Shown one piece after another: positions 1-15,334 of a DNA stretch of 64,000 bases. Numbering within the stretch: the stretch's first letter is position 1; each line of letters starts with the position of its first letter. Source of the stretch: Sphagnum compactum (Eukaryota); contig OZ234493.1 of NCBI GenBank assembly GCA_965153455.1, forward strand, positions 27,456,213-27,520,212, in the 5' to 3' direction. The translations under genes were made by a program, and so were the position numbers. Below the pieces are notes generated by a model. The model saw only the letters and a list, made by a program, of their open reading frames with translations, was not told the DNA's origin and made no database searches.

Positions 1-1099
1 TGAAGCAAAATACATTGGACAACTAGAGGCGGGAGTAACACCATCCCATGAATTCTACCATTTCAGCAATTTTGTCAGCTGCCTCTTAATGGCACTGCTT
101 ACTGCCTGTTGTTCCAACCTCATGGGACTTTGTGCTTAGCAAGTATGTTGCTGCTGTTCATCACATATTTCTCAATGGACTTAATGTGGCAATCTGCTCG
201 CTCCCCTTTCTTTGACAACCATTCTGGGTGATCCATCTCAATGAGACTCAGGGGATTCCTCTCATCAATTAGCAGCATTGGGGGAGCCATGACTTCTGTA
301 TACATTGTCATAATCTGATCCACCTACATGAATTATGTGGGCCTCTACGAATTACCTGGGCCTCTACTATTGTCTACCACATTCAAAATGGAGTGCAAGT
401 TATTTCTCCATCCCCACTTGGAAACATGAAATCTTGGAGAGTGTAGAGTGAGGATGAGTTAAATGCCATCATGTAAACCAATCATTAAGCCATGTGACAA
501 TGTGCAACATGCTAGACATGATCCATGAACATTATTAACCTTCCTATCAAAAGACGATATGAACTTTATTGCAAACAAGTGTAGGAGAAGGGTTTATCAA
601 CAGACCTTTTTCTTACGTAAAGTGTTAGTGTGAGAGTGACATTGTGCAGGGACAACGTTGCAATGACAAGAACAGTGAGGAAGGACATATTGGTGAGTGG
701 AAGTTACTCTAATAAGTTGGAGAGTACCTTCCAAACTGCGTAAGTTACTATTCTTAGAACATCAATGCAGTGTTAGCAAACAAGATTTCTTCAACCTGAT
801 GAAGGATCAAAATATACAAAATAAAATAAAATGTGATGATGCTTTTACAATTTAGAGGATGCCTAAATGGCTACCCACTTAGCAACACTTGATCTTGAGT
901 GTTCTTCTAGGTGTTCACCCATCAAGGAGTGGTTGGTGATGGGTGATTCTACCCTAGTCACCTCTCAGACCATTAACATTCATTGCATGAACATATGCAA
1001 TACCAGACCTTTCAAGGCATGGTGAACGCATATAACTACTATGTTGACATTTTCCATTACGTGGTGATCCAGTAATCTGCATGTTATAATATAAAAACA

Positions 1100-1403
1100 T
1101 CTCCGTTGGAATTCAAGAACCGTTGGTTCTGGCTATTTCAAAAACTGTAAAGAATTGCTAGGTTTCATTAAAAGAACCAAGGAAGAACCAAACAGCTTTT
1201 TGGGTGATTATTTTACATTTTCACAAACTCTGAAAATCATGATGTATAGATATCAGAACCGGTTATCTGATTTTTTTTATAACCATGATTGTATAACAAA
1301 TTTAAGTATTTGAATTTCTTGGAACTGTGATTACGGATCCTAAGAACCTCCCTGATACCCAACAGGGGGTTTGGTGTAATTTTTAATAACCGCCCCCACA
1401 CTG
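1100..1403. mobile_element. Fragment of non-autonomous hAT-type element (GAACC/GGTTC-rich family)
   Basis: Ends in AATAACCGCCCCCACACTG (reverse complement CAGTGTGGGGGCGGTTATT), matching the CA(G/A)TGTTGGG(C/T)GG terminal motif of the TIR elements at 26440, 44161 and 50164; interior rich in GAACC/GGTTC motifs. Left end not found. Confidence 0.5.
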
Positions 1404-2207
1404 AGACTAACCACCTACATGCATCTGCTCACCTAGTAGCCACATATTATCTACCTCAGCACCTACTACACATACCTATTCAGGTTACCCAAGGTGGAAG
1501 GATTCATCCATGTCTGAGTCATAATAGGTCAGTTTGTGACCCCTGGTTCATACCATAAGTAGTTCAGCCCTGTATTCCTTCCCTTTCTCTTCTGAACTGG
1601 TGCTTTTTCCTTAGTCAAGGAACAAAATCAAAGGACCCATGTCCAAGAGGACAAATGAACCACCTAAGAGGGCAAACTACAAGGGGAACATCAAGTTCCC
1701 GAACCCCCTCTTGTCGTGAGAAGCATATCAAATAAGGAAAGGGGAAAATTGATTTTGTTTTCTGTAAATTGAAGAAGAAGAAGAAGCTACATACATACAC
1801 ACATTCCCTTGGGTCCTTTGATGACACCCAAATGCTAAAAGTAGCTTGGAGCTTTTGGTGAAAAATAGGTGATCTTCAACTACAACCCTGGCATCATGGA
1901 GCCTCATGTGGTTTAGACCTATAATTGTTTTTACAGCAGATTCCAGATTGCAGAGTCTGCAACAAATTTTCCATGCACAATAATATAATCACACCATGTT
2001 TCTGAAAGACAAAATAACATTCATTACATACTAAATAAATTGCAGTGGAGCCACTACGAATAGTTATGGTTCTTGGTCAGCTCCCTTGATGGATGTGTTC
2101 CAGACATTTTGGGGTTAGAAGTGGCATCAAAGAGAGAGAGAGAGAGAGAGAGACTCGAGTGTGTGTCTGTGTGTGTTTTTTTTCAATTTTGTGATGTTGT
2201 CGCATTG

Positions 2208-2286
2208 GCGATCATCCACAAGAAGATTTAGCCACATTTGGTTATAGCGATCATGCACAAGAAGATTTAGCCACATTTGGTTATAG
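2208..2286. repeat. Two-copy ~39-bp tandem duplication
   Basis: GCGATCAT(C/G)CACAAGAAGATTTAGCCACATTTGGTTATA repeated twice. Confidence 0.85.
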
Positions 2287-2439
2287 ATCAGCTTCAAATG
2301 AAAAGAAAATATTAAAATCCTTCTGTATCTTTAAGAAATATGATGATTTTTTTTGAAAAGAAAAGAGATTATTTTTTATAAAAATTGCCAAATGGTGAAA
2401 ATTCTCCCCAAAAGAAAAGAGATGGCATCAAATAAGTAT

Positions 2440-2860
2440 ATATGGTTCTTTAACATATATAACCATGGTTCTCAGAAAATCAAAGAACCAATTTTAATAT
2501 ATAACCATAGTTCTCAAAAAAAAATTAAGAATCATTTCTGATATATAAAAATTCAGAATCAAAGAACCTCTGGATCCAGGTTTTACCAAAAAAAAACTTC
2601 AAAGAACCAGCGGGTTTCATGAAATAACTGGCAGCTTCGCAAATGGTTATTTGACCGGTTCTTAGATTTGAGGGGAACTGCTATCAGCCACAGGTGTATA
2701 TATCAGAATTGGTTCTCAGGTTCTTGAGAACCATGGTTATATTATCGGTGCGGGTTAGTTTTGATTATTTTGGCGAGAACTGTGGTGCCTATACCTTTGG
2801 GGAACCGTCCTGAGAACCGACTGTTATCAGGTTCCCTTTCCATTAACTGCCCTGACACTG
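2440..2860. mobile_element. Fragment of non-autonomous hAT-type element (same GAACC-rich family)
   Basis: Many AGAACC/GGTTCT motifs; ends in TAACTGCCCTGACACTG (reverse complement CAGTGTCAGGGCAGTTA), similar to the hAT terminal motif elsewhere in the window. Confidence 0.45.
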
Positions 2861-3239
2861 GTGTCCTCCTTGTTTTCAGTTATTTGTTGGATATTCCTTC
2901 CCTTTCCTTTTTCAGCCATTTCTTTACTAGCAAAACAAATTAAAAATTGTGATTTTTGAAATGTTTCAGTTTTCAATCATCAATAGTGGGAATTTTTTTT
3001 TAAAAAATCACCAAATTTCTATATTTGGTTTTTCAGTCATGGTTTTTTTTTTTTTTTCCCTTCTATTTTGTGATATAAAATTTTTGGCGAATTTCCCCAA
3101 AAATTGTAGTCCAATTCACCCAAAAATAAGCTATATGGCCCATTTAACATTGGGTGTCACCTAGGATGCCACCTAGATTTTCATTGAACACTGACTTAAC
3201 ATCAAGTGTGAATGCACCATAAATCTTCCAAACAATGAT

Positions 3240-3367
3240 CAAAGATTTGTGCTTTATATGTGGCTCAAGTATAGCCATTTTTGGCCGATATGATTCTTAA
3301 AGATTTGTGCTTTATATGTGGTTTAAGTATAGCCATATTTGGCCGATATGATTATTAAAGATTTGTA
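3240..3367. repeat. ~58-bp tandem duplication (two copies plus a partial)
   Basis: AAAGATTTGTGCTTTATATGTGG(C/T)T(C/T)AAGTATAGCCAT(T/A)TTTGGCCGATATGATT repeated. Confidence 0.85.
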
Positions 3368-3588
3368 CTCCATATCCGGGTTTCCTAAAGGTCAGTTTTC
3401 TTCAAATTCTATCATTAAGTGATACACTTTCTTTCAGCATAGACATTCTGTGTCCAACTGAATCATAGTTCAAAGCTACAAAGTTTTCTTTAATATTTAT
3501 TTTTCTCATTGGAGCACTGTGTGGGTGGTGCCTAATTTTTCTGTTTCTTTGCGAGTTGGGTTAAATCTATGTTTGGGTTATTCAGCAG

Positions 3589-5050
<1,462 letters not shown>

Positions 5051-6231
5051 ATGGTTGCGGGTTCAACTTCCCTCGGGCAGATGCTGTTTGTTATCTCTAG
5101 TGGTCAACTCAGCTATCACATGGGCCACTCAGTTAACCAGTGGTACGAAGTGCAAGACTAATGAAAGTTTTGGAATCCATGCAAGAAAATGTTGGAACCA
5201 TATTGCCTTGATTGTTGTGTCTGTTAGAGAAAGTTGTCCACCTTCCAGTGAGGAGAAAGTGCCCTAAGCGTGAAGAGATATGTTATTCTTATTGGACAAT
5301 TTTGCCATCATCATTTAAAACTATCTGCACTAGATCCACAACTGTCAACATCATTTGTGAAAGTGGAGTTTGAGGCAATTGCCTCATAGAACCCATTACT
5401 CATCTTTACAGTAAAATGTGTTCTCATGCAGCACTGGGAGTTTTGGCAGCTCATAGTGTTGTGTCTATGGCATCAATTGGTTTCTTTGAGAAGGAAGGGG
5501 GGCAAACATATGTTGAACTCTTGGTTCAACATTGTGCAACATCAGACCGGGTGCAACACCATTGCCTCTCTTTACAATGACCTTGATGTCGCTATGAATC
5601 TGGCGATTTTTTACCTTTTTTTCCCCCCCTCACTTTTGGTTACAAAAAAACCTCCAAAATCACTATTTTTTCAATTTTCAAATTTTTAATTTTGGTTTTC
5701 GGAAGCGAAATTTTGCTAATACGACAAACATTGAATGGTCATTTATACGCTTTTTGTGTCAATTTTTATTGCAAATCGATGATCAATAAATGTGCATGAA
5801 ATGTTGGCCATTAAAAATAAAAAAAATGCTTTGGAAAAGGCCCTGGAACGAAATGATAAAGTCAAACTCTCTCCAATTATCTTCTCCTTATGATTGATTT
5901 AATTGGCTTGTAAGAACCTGAAGAATTTCAACTTGTAGAATTTGAACTTGTTTGTAATTATTTGACACCTAGTAGCATTAAAGGAACATATGTGTTTGTT
6001 CATCATTACCATAGTGTGCCTATTTAGGACAATGATGTAATTGGTAATTATGATCGAAATGGCATGTTTAGAAAGGCACTTACTAATGTCTACCTTTTAG
6101 GAGTTTCTAATCCTAAAGTTTGTGTCCATTCTCAACCACATAGACATTTTTACTTGAAATAGTATAAACAACCATTACGTTTTTCATTATATCTTTTCAT
6201 TTTCACTTACTTCTTCATCTTGATAGGGGCC

Positions 6232-9200
6232 ATGAGTGAGAGCACTTTAAGAAGGCTAAGACGAGAAGCAAAAGAAAAAGAGGTTGAAAGAAAAGTTGAA
6301 GCTTTTAGTTTTAGGAAGCAATAGATTGAGAAAAAGAGAGTGGAACATATTCAATTAACTAGAGCGATTTATGTGAAACCATTTGCTTCACACGCACCTA
6401 TAGCAGAAGAGATTCAAGTTTCTGAACAAGAACATATAAGTAGGGAGTTGGAAGAGGAATTAGAAGCAACACTGAACTTTTTAAAGAAAACCATTACTTC
6501 TATATCAAAACCAGCATCGCAAGTTATTGTTATTTCATATTCAAAGGAAGAAGTGGAGATTAAACCTCAACCTGTTGGTGAGGAACAATTACAATCAGTC
6601 CTTGCATCAAGACCTATGGAAGAGGAAGAATTACAGCAACTTGTTGTTGAAGAATAACCGCAACCGATTCCTACGTCAAGACTTGTGGAAAAAAAGTTGC
6701 AACAACTTGTGAATAGTAGAGAAGAGTTTTTTCAAGAACTTTTTAAATAGAAACTTGTATCCAACATTAGTCCTTAGCACCCAAGATCAAGAATAATAAC
6801 CATGATGAAGCAAAAAGGCAAAGCTCCTGTAAAAGAACAGGTTGAAAAATCTATTAAGAAGAAATTAGTGTCTAAAACGAAAAAGACCTAGAAGATGCGA
6901 CAATGGATGAAGATGGATTCCAACGAACTCAAATGGGTTAGACGAGCCGATTTGGAGAGCCCGTTCAACCTTCAATGGACAATGCCAAGAAAAGACCTAT
7001 TACAAGACTTCCTATGAACTTGGGAAGTAATAGAAGATGGAAAAATTCAAGGGGGAGTACGTGATCAAGAAATTATCATTGGTCAGGTACTTATTCATGA
7101 AGACGTTGGAATTTCCAAGGAAGGAGTAGTAGATGTTGCAAATGCAACTTTTGAGGAAGCCAAAACCACTTTCAAAAGAATTACAAATCCACATGCTTTT
7201 GTTGAGAATGAATAGTGGAGTGTAGTGCGCATGAAAGAGGAATTTCATGCGAGATTTACAGCCATGTTGTAAATTCTTTATCAGAAAGAGAGGTTAGCTT
7301 ATTTCGGCAACTGGATTGCTATTATTTTCTATTTAGCCAACAGGGGGCAACTTGCTAACTAGTGTTCCATAATGTTGACCCAGTTACTAGTTGAATTAAC
7401 TCGCTGGACTTAATGTCAGAAAAAGGCAGTAGCTAACTTGGTTTTTTAACAAAACCAAAGCATATAATTACTATTCAGGGCAGATTTTAGACATTCTATT
7501 TAGGAAGTGGTTCCCTTTATCCGAGATGGCTTCATTAAGAATAATAACTCTAAAAAAACATATATCACCAACCAATCAAGAATGCCAAGTTGTACAACGG
7601 TGATAAGTTTCATTTGAACTTGTTACTAGGGAGTAGTTATTGAAAGAGAGAAAACTAGCACATTCAATTACAACATCACCCTTACCAACACATTAGTCTC
7701 ATCGACTAAAAACATGTATAAAATTGACTACACCAAAGGATAGGTTAAGCCCTGAACCTATTACTTCACGGCCAAGAAATAAGACTAAGATTACTTTTGG
7801 ATCACCGGTTAATGATTCAGAAGAGGATGAGGAACGAACCTATTCAAATGACATTGGAGGTGGAGGAGGAAAAGAACTTGATGCAACAGTTACATAAGGT
7901 AGCATTGAGGAAGAACCTGAACCCAACCTAGACCAAGTAATTAACAACATCCAAGTTGAACCTATTGTGTCTATTGAACCTGTAGTTTCCATTACAGAAC
8001 CTGTTACTATAACTACATAATCATTCCAACTTGTTCAATCTATAGTTGAACCTATACAAATAGAAAACCAACAATTTTTTAGATTTCAACATGTCCTAGT
8101 TTCTAATCATTCCACATAAACTCTAAAACAAATTAATATGTTTTTAGAACAAGTTGCTCAAAATGCCACAACCTGGTCAGAGACATTGCAAGAACTTTCA
8201 AACCTTAGAGTTGAGTGTGAGCAAGTCAAGGAAGATCTGTTGGAGACCCACAATCGCCTTCAAACTTGTGGCTTAAAGCTAGAAATAATGCAGAAGACTT
8301 TGAAGAACTATGACAAAAAATTGGTCATAGTCAAAGGACAAGTGAATAGGGTCCAACATGAAAACTAAAACCTGTCCAATAAGTTGAATGAAGCAGAATA
8401 GGCTACTAGGAAGATTGAGAACCTGTAGCAAGAATATGCCGAACTCAACCAATTCAACTAAAAGACCCACAATGATTTGAATTGTCTCCAAGTTGATATG
8501 GAGCAAATGATGTGAGATTATGCCAAAATGGATGAGTCCAATTTGGAACAATAAGGTATCATAACTAGTTTAAAGCAAACATTTCAAGATTTAGGGAACA
8601 ACACATAATTGCCCACATAGAATTTGACAAGGAGAATCAAAGTCTTACTGCTCAAATCCAAAATTGGAAGGGTTAGTATGAGACAACTAAGGTACAATTA
8701 AACAAACCTAGCCCCATCCTACCTGTTAGAATGAACAACAGATTGAAGGAGTTTAAGGAGTTATTGCTGGACAATACTTTATTCAAAGTGCAGATTCAAG
8801 CCTTCGGAGACAAAAACCCCAAGTGGAAGTAATGGTGGTAGACTGTTCAAAAGTTCACAGAAGAGCAAATTTAGGACAATATGGAGTTAGCTCACTCTGA
8901 TGAACAAAGTTATCAACTTGACCTACAAGCCTATCAAACTACTTTCCTTGATTTCAAGTACGAACCCTTGAGTTTTGTATTTGTGGAAATTGGAACCAGT
9001 AGCAAAGTTCCAACAACACCATTTGTGGTACAACATGTTATTGAACCAATTAGTCCACTGAGAGGTGGAATAGGTTTAAAAATCATACCTTTACCTATTT
9101 AGACTTTTATTATACCTGTTTCAATGACCACTATTGTTAATCAACCTGTAGGAGGTAATGACAAATTTGATAAGGCACAGGTTCAACCTGTTAACCCTTC

Positions 9201-9880
9201 ATTCACCATACTAGATAGTAGATTAAAATATTTGGAATTCATATCTATTAGTGTACCTTTGACCCCACATCAAATAGGTGTAGGTCAGGAGGTTATTTTA
9301 ATCTCAAGTACCCCGCATGTCTGAGAGGTATTTACAACACCCATAAAGACCTTTGAAAACACACCTGATCATCAGAAAACTACAACACCAACCGATCTTC
9401 AAATTTTGAGTCAAATGGAACTTGTAGAGGCAACAAATGCTAAACCTATTGAAAAAGTCATTAGTCACACTGGTTGCAAAAGGCCAATCTAACCTAGGAC
9501 TTTGAGTTAACATTTCAAGGACGAAATGTAGATTTCAAAAGGTGATAACGTTACCCAAATTTGGTAACAAGTGACTTAATAGGTTGATAGTGTAAGCAAG
9601 TTGTTAAATCTAACAAACTTGTTATTTAACCTAGCTTATAATATTGATCTAACTAGTTATTAAACTTGGTAAGTAATATTACTAGGTTAAGATGATAGGT
9701 TGACAGGTTAGTCAATAGGTGATTTGTAGAACCTTGTATGTACCTGTTTTTGTTTAAAGAACGTGTTGCTAAAAAAATCCAGAGGTAAATCAACCTTGAT
9801 GGGAATAGAAAAAACCTGTTAATAGTCCCAATCCCAAAAGTCCATATAAATGAAGACATTAACACTAGAATGGAAAAATT
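6232..9880 (+). mobile_element. Degenerate retroelement-associated ORF relic (accessory/coiled-coil ORF, probably LTR-retrotransposon derived)
   Basis: Long intron-less coding-like stretch broken by many stops and frameshifts: Glu-rich N-part, a segment ..FNLQWTMPRKDLLQDFL*TWE..GKIQGGVRDQEIIIGQVLIHEDVGISKEG.. reminiscent of plant transposon accessory domains, then coiled-coil (8138-8700). Family assignment is inference; no RT or integrase seen. Confidence 0.45.
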
Positions 9881-10419
9881 TGTTAAAAATCAATGTTTAG
9901 TGGGCCCTATGTGGTGATTAATCAATTAATAAAGTCCATATGAAAGGATGCCCATTTAAAAAACTCTTTATTATACATGTTAGGGGGAAAAAATATCGAT
10001 CCAACAAAAAACCAAGATTGGGACTTTTGAAAATATGGCCCAAATCTAGTCATTCAAAAGTTCATAGTTATTTGTTCGTTAAACTTTTTGTTGTAAATTT
10101 TTTTCAATTCATATTGAGTCCCTATAAAAAATGTTGAGATGAAATCATAACAAAAAATGCATTTGAATGCTAATGCAAAACCCAAATTTTAATCCATATG
10201 TCCACTTTAAAAGTCCATTACTACATCATTGGTGTATGTTTATTGAATTTCACCCCTTAATAAATATTTTTATTCAAATTAGCAATATTAATCCATAAAT
10301 ATTTTTGTCAAATTAATGATTTTACAATGTGTTTATGGCATTTGAATAGAATGCATTCTACAAAAAATCCATAAGGTTGCAAAAAGTGAGCCACCACAAC
10401 TTGCATCTACCCTATGGCC

Positions 10420-10600
10420 TAGATAGTAAGTAATGTCAAGAATGAGGTGTTTTTCTACTTTGGCTTTCATGAAGTCAAAGCTTCATAATAAGCTCATTGC
10501 CCATCTACTTCTTGTTGTGCACATGTTTGCACATCGTTTCTACATACTGTAATTTTTTTTGTACATGGAATGCATTGAGCAACAGAGAACAACACAACAC
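10420..10600 (+). mobile_element. hAT transposase C-terminal (dimerisation domain) remnant
   Basis: Translates as CFSTLAFMKSKLHNKLIAHLLLVVHMFAHRFYIL*..ECIEQ, matching the hAT ERxFSx(6)KxxxRNxL pattern. Confidence 0.65.
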
Positions 10601-12539
10601 TGATATTGTTATGTTGCATAAATGTTGGCTAGCTTATTTTTGCAAAGGTAGAACAATTATGGCTTGTGTTTGTTTCTCTATCCTGAAGACAATTGCTACT
10701 AGCCAAACACCTTGGGTTGCCAACATTTTCACCCCCTTGCCTCAATCCAATTGTAATGGATTTTGATCTTATGATTTTTAAAAAGTTGTGAATGTAAGTT
10801 AATTTGGTTTGTTTTTTTAGGTCATTTGTGTTGGAAAGGCGAATTTCAAGGGTTTAATTCCCCTGCAAGTGCTTGTGTTTATAATTGAATTATGATGTTC
10901 ACTTATTTGTTCAACATTGTTAAGTTTTATTTGCATCTATCAAACCATAAGTAAATTTCAACAATTCACCAAAACACTACATCCTAGCACAAGTAATCGC
11001 CATATTCATAAAAACAATGTGGCAAATTGTCAAGAAAACTCCACATAAAGTGAAATCACCAAAAAGTTCCAAATATTTTCTCATTGTAGCCAAATCTTAA
11101 CACCTTTAAATATAGTTATGGGGTCAAAGTTTTCATGTTAAGGAATATTAGGGTAGCCAAATTGAGAAAAAAATCAGCAAATGGGGCCAACTTTAGCTCC
11201 ACTTAAATTGGTTGTTAGCCAAATTAACATCTTCAAATTTCCACAAGTGGCCCCACTGCCTACTTTGCTAAAATGAACAATAATAACAATGGACATACCA
11301 AGTAGTTGCTAGCCAAAAAAAAAGCGTCATGTGATTGGCACAAAAAACCTTCAATGAATGTACTAAGAACATTAGTGATGATGTTTCAAATAAATGCTAT
11401 AATAAAACAAACAATAAGTTTTGGCATAATGACACTACCCTTTAAATGAAACCCATAAGGATGATAAACATTCAAAATACTAAATTGGAAACACATGGTG
11501 CTTAACATAACATGATTAAAGCCCAAGTGGATCCTTTAGTCATGTCAATAATGTTTCTACAAAATGACCTTAGAATGTAGGGATACCAAACTTTGCCCCA
11601 TTTCTAAGATCATTATAATGTCTCTACCCTGAAGGCAAATCTACTAAAAATTGTGTCAAGTAAAATGGTGTTTAACTCGTGTTTTTGTGCTCTCCACATA
11701 ATAATGAACAAACAAACAACTTGTTGCATGATGACTTTGCCCTTGAAACGACATCCACGAGAACATCTCCAGTGGTGTTCATTGCATGACCTTGCCAAAA
11801 TACTTTTCACATCCAAGTTTAGTTTTTTTTTTCCTGACTCCGCCAATAGAACATAAATTAGGACATCAAATAGGTGGGGGACTAGTAATAGCAAACCACA
11901 TGGACTAATCATTATGATGGGTCAATCAAGAACACTAAACAATAATCAGATCATATTTATTACATTATTTTCTATAGGTGCACAACATTGTTGCACATTT
12001 TACCAACATAATTATGTTCAGCCAAACCATTTTCATTAGCCAATTTTTTTTGACTTTTTTCCATCCAATTTTATTATGCAAGATCACATATTTAGCACCC
12101 CTGAAGATGTTTTAAGGATGATAGATATTCAAAATAATAAATTAAAACACCTGCTAGTTAGCATAGTGGATATGTTGGTAATGTTTCTATAATGGACTTT
12201 ACAATGCACATGAAGAAAAACCCTGTATATAAAAATCAAGGACAAGAATCCATCCATCAAAAGTATTAAGGCAAATGAGAGCACGAATAAAAGAAAAAAT
12301 GAAAGAAACAATCAACAAAAAAAGAAAGGAAAGAAACCTTATGCAAATAGGACCCATGGCTACGAAATGACGATCAACAATAACAAAGAAAACTTAAGAT
12401 GAAAAAGTTGTTGTCTGTCACAAATTGGCTAGTGATAGAAGTCCACTAGTTATGATGTGTGGAAGAGATGAAGAACCTTGACTAAATGTAATAGCCCACT
12501 GAAGAATCGATATGGTTTGCGTAAGTTATAGGGTTATGG

Positions 12540-14760
12540 ACACACATTGTCAATAATGAGAAGTAAGCATCGAGGGGACTAAAGAAGACCGTTGATGAGA
12601 CGCGATAGTGGTCTTTGCACAAACAATCAAGAATGAATCAAAACAAAAATGAAAACACCCAATGCTTTAATAACAAGGGGAATGAAGTCATCACCTGGTG
12701 CTTATTTGGCATTCTAAACTATGTTTATTCTTGAGCAACCATCATTGTTGCATGTGTTGTCATCGTCGATGTTTGCTACACCATATATGTGCGAATTAGG
12801 TTAGCAATGACAATGTCCATCAAAGTTCGGAAGCCATTTCTGGTGATAAGAATATCCACTTGTCGTCGGGTGTGGTGAGGGAAAAGGTGGGAAACCTCCT
12901 TCTAAACATGTGCTCCACTTTCCAAAATAATAGTTGCAACAATATTTCGAAATGTGTCGTGGGTTACTATATGTTCATTTCTGTAGGGGCACTGAAGCAA
13001 ATGGGTACCTAGATCATCTATGGTGTGACCACATTGACATCATGAAAGGTGGGCAACTATAGGATGTGGCAAGCCAAGATGGGTATGTAGTGTTGTAAGA
13101 AAGTGGGTTGATGATAAATGAAATGCTAGTGTGGTAGGACGAATTAATAACTAAACACCTGGCCCTAGACTTGCACATGAGTGTAAACATGTTTGCACAA
13201 CATCTTAAAGAACACTTATTAGAAGCGAAACAAACTCCTACTCATGTAAGCGATCTGCAAAAAAAACCTGCAACTAGGGATAAGACTTAATCATTAAGTT
13301 TTCAAAGGGTGGGAGCTGAGAGTAAACAACTTGGGGTAACATGTTGCGGACATCTCATAGTGTTATTTGGAATGAAGAAGTGCTGGTCTCAACATGTGAT
13401 ATTGCATCTAGAAGAATAGGGCGATCATCCTATTAGAAATGATAGACAAATGCAAGAGTGATCAGTGCCCAACACCCCAAGAATGCGGGGGTAATAGTTC
13501 GAACTACAAAAGGGAGGTCGAGCCCACCCAGAGAAGCAGGAAGAATGGCCTGATGATGAGTTAAATGACCGATAGAACCACCAAAAGATCTTACACCAAG
13601 TAATTTCTCCAATGTAACTATGGTATGAATATCGAACTCAACATACTGTTACAAAATACCTAGAGATGGGAACATTGTACGAAGCAAGTAGCTTGGGCGT
13701 TTGGTGTAACACAATGAAAGCATCGCAAAAGCCACATGAAGATCTGCAAGCAGAGGGAAATTAGATATCATCCCAAGATCCTCATGGAGAGCCTCGGCCA
13801 CAAACGATTCAACAAATGATGTGGATCCCATCAGTGTGCCCAAAATACGAAAATTCGAGTTAGGAATAAGAAAGCCAGGGGGAAGTGATATAAAGTGATC
13901 CAACCCCTGAAGAGACCAAGTTACACATTTCGTTAGCTACATTAAAAGCTTTAATGCTGATAATTCCTCCTGCAATTGTAAAAACACATGAACCACATCT
14001 AATGTGACCTACTCTATGTGTAACATCTGCCAAAGAGGGGAAAACACAAGTAAAGTGGGTTGTTGTTATAGGGCGAAAAACGCGAAGGTGAGCAAGAGAA
14101 AACAATGTTCTTCCCAATGGGTCCCCTTATTGTGTACCTAACTTCAACGAAATGACTATGAGATCCCCATGTTGGGAAGCCTGAGAAAAATATAATGGGG
14201 ATGGGCATGCATAGAATTGTCGAACAAATGGGAAAAGTTGATCCAGAGAATTGGGTGAAAATCATAACTCCTGAAAAATCGCTGATAATGACACCAAATT
14301 GAAGGTGTTATGGACATCCACTTGTAGCACCTCCCAATCTGGGTGCAAATCTAACATCACTCAAATGTTGTGAAGCACTGTTTCACACCCCACCATGAGT
14401 TGTTACACCAAACTGATGACGATTAAAATGTTCCACAAGAATATTTTAAAACTAAATAGCCAAAGTGTGGGCAACTAAACGATAAGTCACTTCACTAATT
14501 ATGATGGGACATATGTCTCCAGACTACTTTTCCAACATTAAAAGCAAACACAATACTGAAAATGGAACATGACCTCGAGCAATGTGCCCACATACTTTGA
14601 AAAAATGGTCGAATCATTCACAAAATCGTCTGAGACAAAACAATTTCATAAAAGATCATACACCATACCAAAAGGGTCATTAAAAAAAAATCGTGGTGAA
14701 CGAAACAAGCAGAAACAAATGCCTCCCGATTAAAATAACATTCATCTTAAAATGAAAATC
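12540..14760 (-). mobile_element. Degenerate non-LTR retrotransposon with RT and C-terminal restriction-like endonuclease (CRE-like clade)
   Basis: Minus-strand translation gives decayed RT motifs (PIIISEVTYRLVAH..HQFGV..GCETVLH..LQVDVHNTFN..; FPSLADVTH for YxDD; RILGTLMGS). These are followed by a zinc knuckle CQCGHTIDDLGTHLLQCP, an HD motif (VTHDTFRN) and RLE-type KEV..RQVDILI..LMDIVI. Many stops and frameshifts. Confidence 0.8.
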
Positions 14761-14857
14761 ATCAACAAAAAGAAAAAGATCAACCTTAACAAATGAGTGA
14801 AGGTGAAGGACTCCTGTGTTTTCATGAGATGAGATACATGACTTTAGAATAGCCTAA

Positions 14858-15030
14858 TACCTTGGCCATTTCAACACATGTCCATTGAATTAATTTTGCA
14901 AAATTCATTTCAACAAATGGAATATTCCCAAATATTCACTATTATCCTTCACAATATTTTTTGATTTTGAAGTTTGAGAATTTCAACATTTCTGAGAATA
15001 ATATAATTAAATGTTGAATTGGCCAAGGTA
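14858..15030. mobile_element. MITE (~170 bp) with 19-bp inverted ends, TA-flanked
   Basis: TACCTTGGCCATTTCAACA (14858-14876) versus TGTTGAATTGGCCAAGGTA (15012-15030): 18/19 inverted match; AT-rich interior. Confidence 0.75.
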
Positions 15031-15055
15031 CCAAGGCATATGGATACCAAACTTT

Positions 15056-15150
15056 GGCCCATTGTTTCTGGGCAATAAAAAACCAGCTGAACAAACGGAT
15101 CCATCTGAACATCGGAGTGGAGCCATGAACTGGTGCCCTAATTAGGGTTT
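15056..15150 (+). promoter_or_regulatory. Site II (GGCCCA) plus telo-box (ATTAGGGTTT) promoter module
   Basis: GGCCCA at 15056-15061 and ATTAGGGTTT at 15141-15150, 190-280 bp upstream of the G-patch gene ATG; this pairing is typical of plant ribosome-biogenesis and translation genes. Confidence 0.55.
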
Positions 15151-15334
15151 TGCGTTTTGAGAGAGAGAGAGAGAGAAAAAATCAGGAGGGATTCAAAGCT
15201 TTGAGAGCGCCGATCGCAGCATTCGGTTATTGTCTTCAAGAGCGGCGCTCTTGTGATCTCGATCCTGTTTTTTTTTCGGTTGCGTTTTGAGAAGGGTTTG
15301 AATCCGGCCGGGAAGGGCGGGGGCGGGGGCGGAG

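Noticed and set aside
120-323. 67-aa minus-strand ORF with an upstream AG
   Set aside because: No recognisable family and no consistent neighbouring exons within the window
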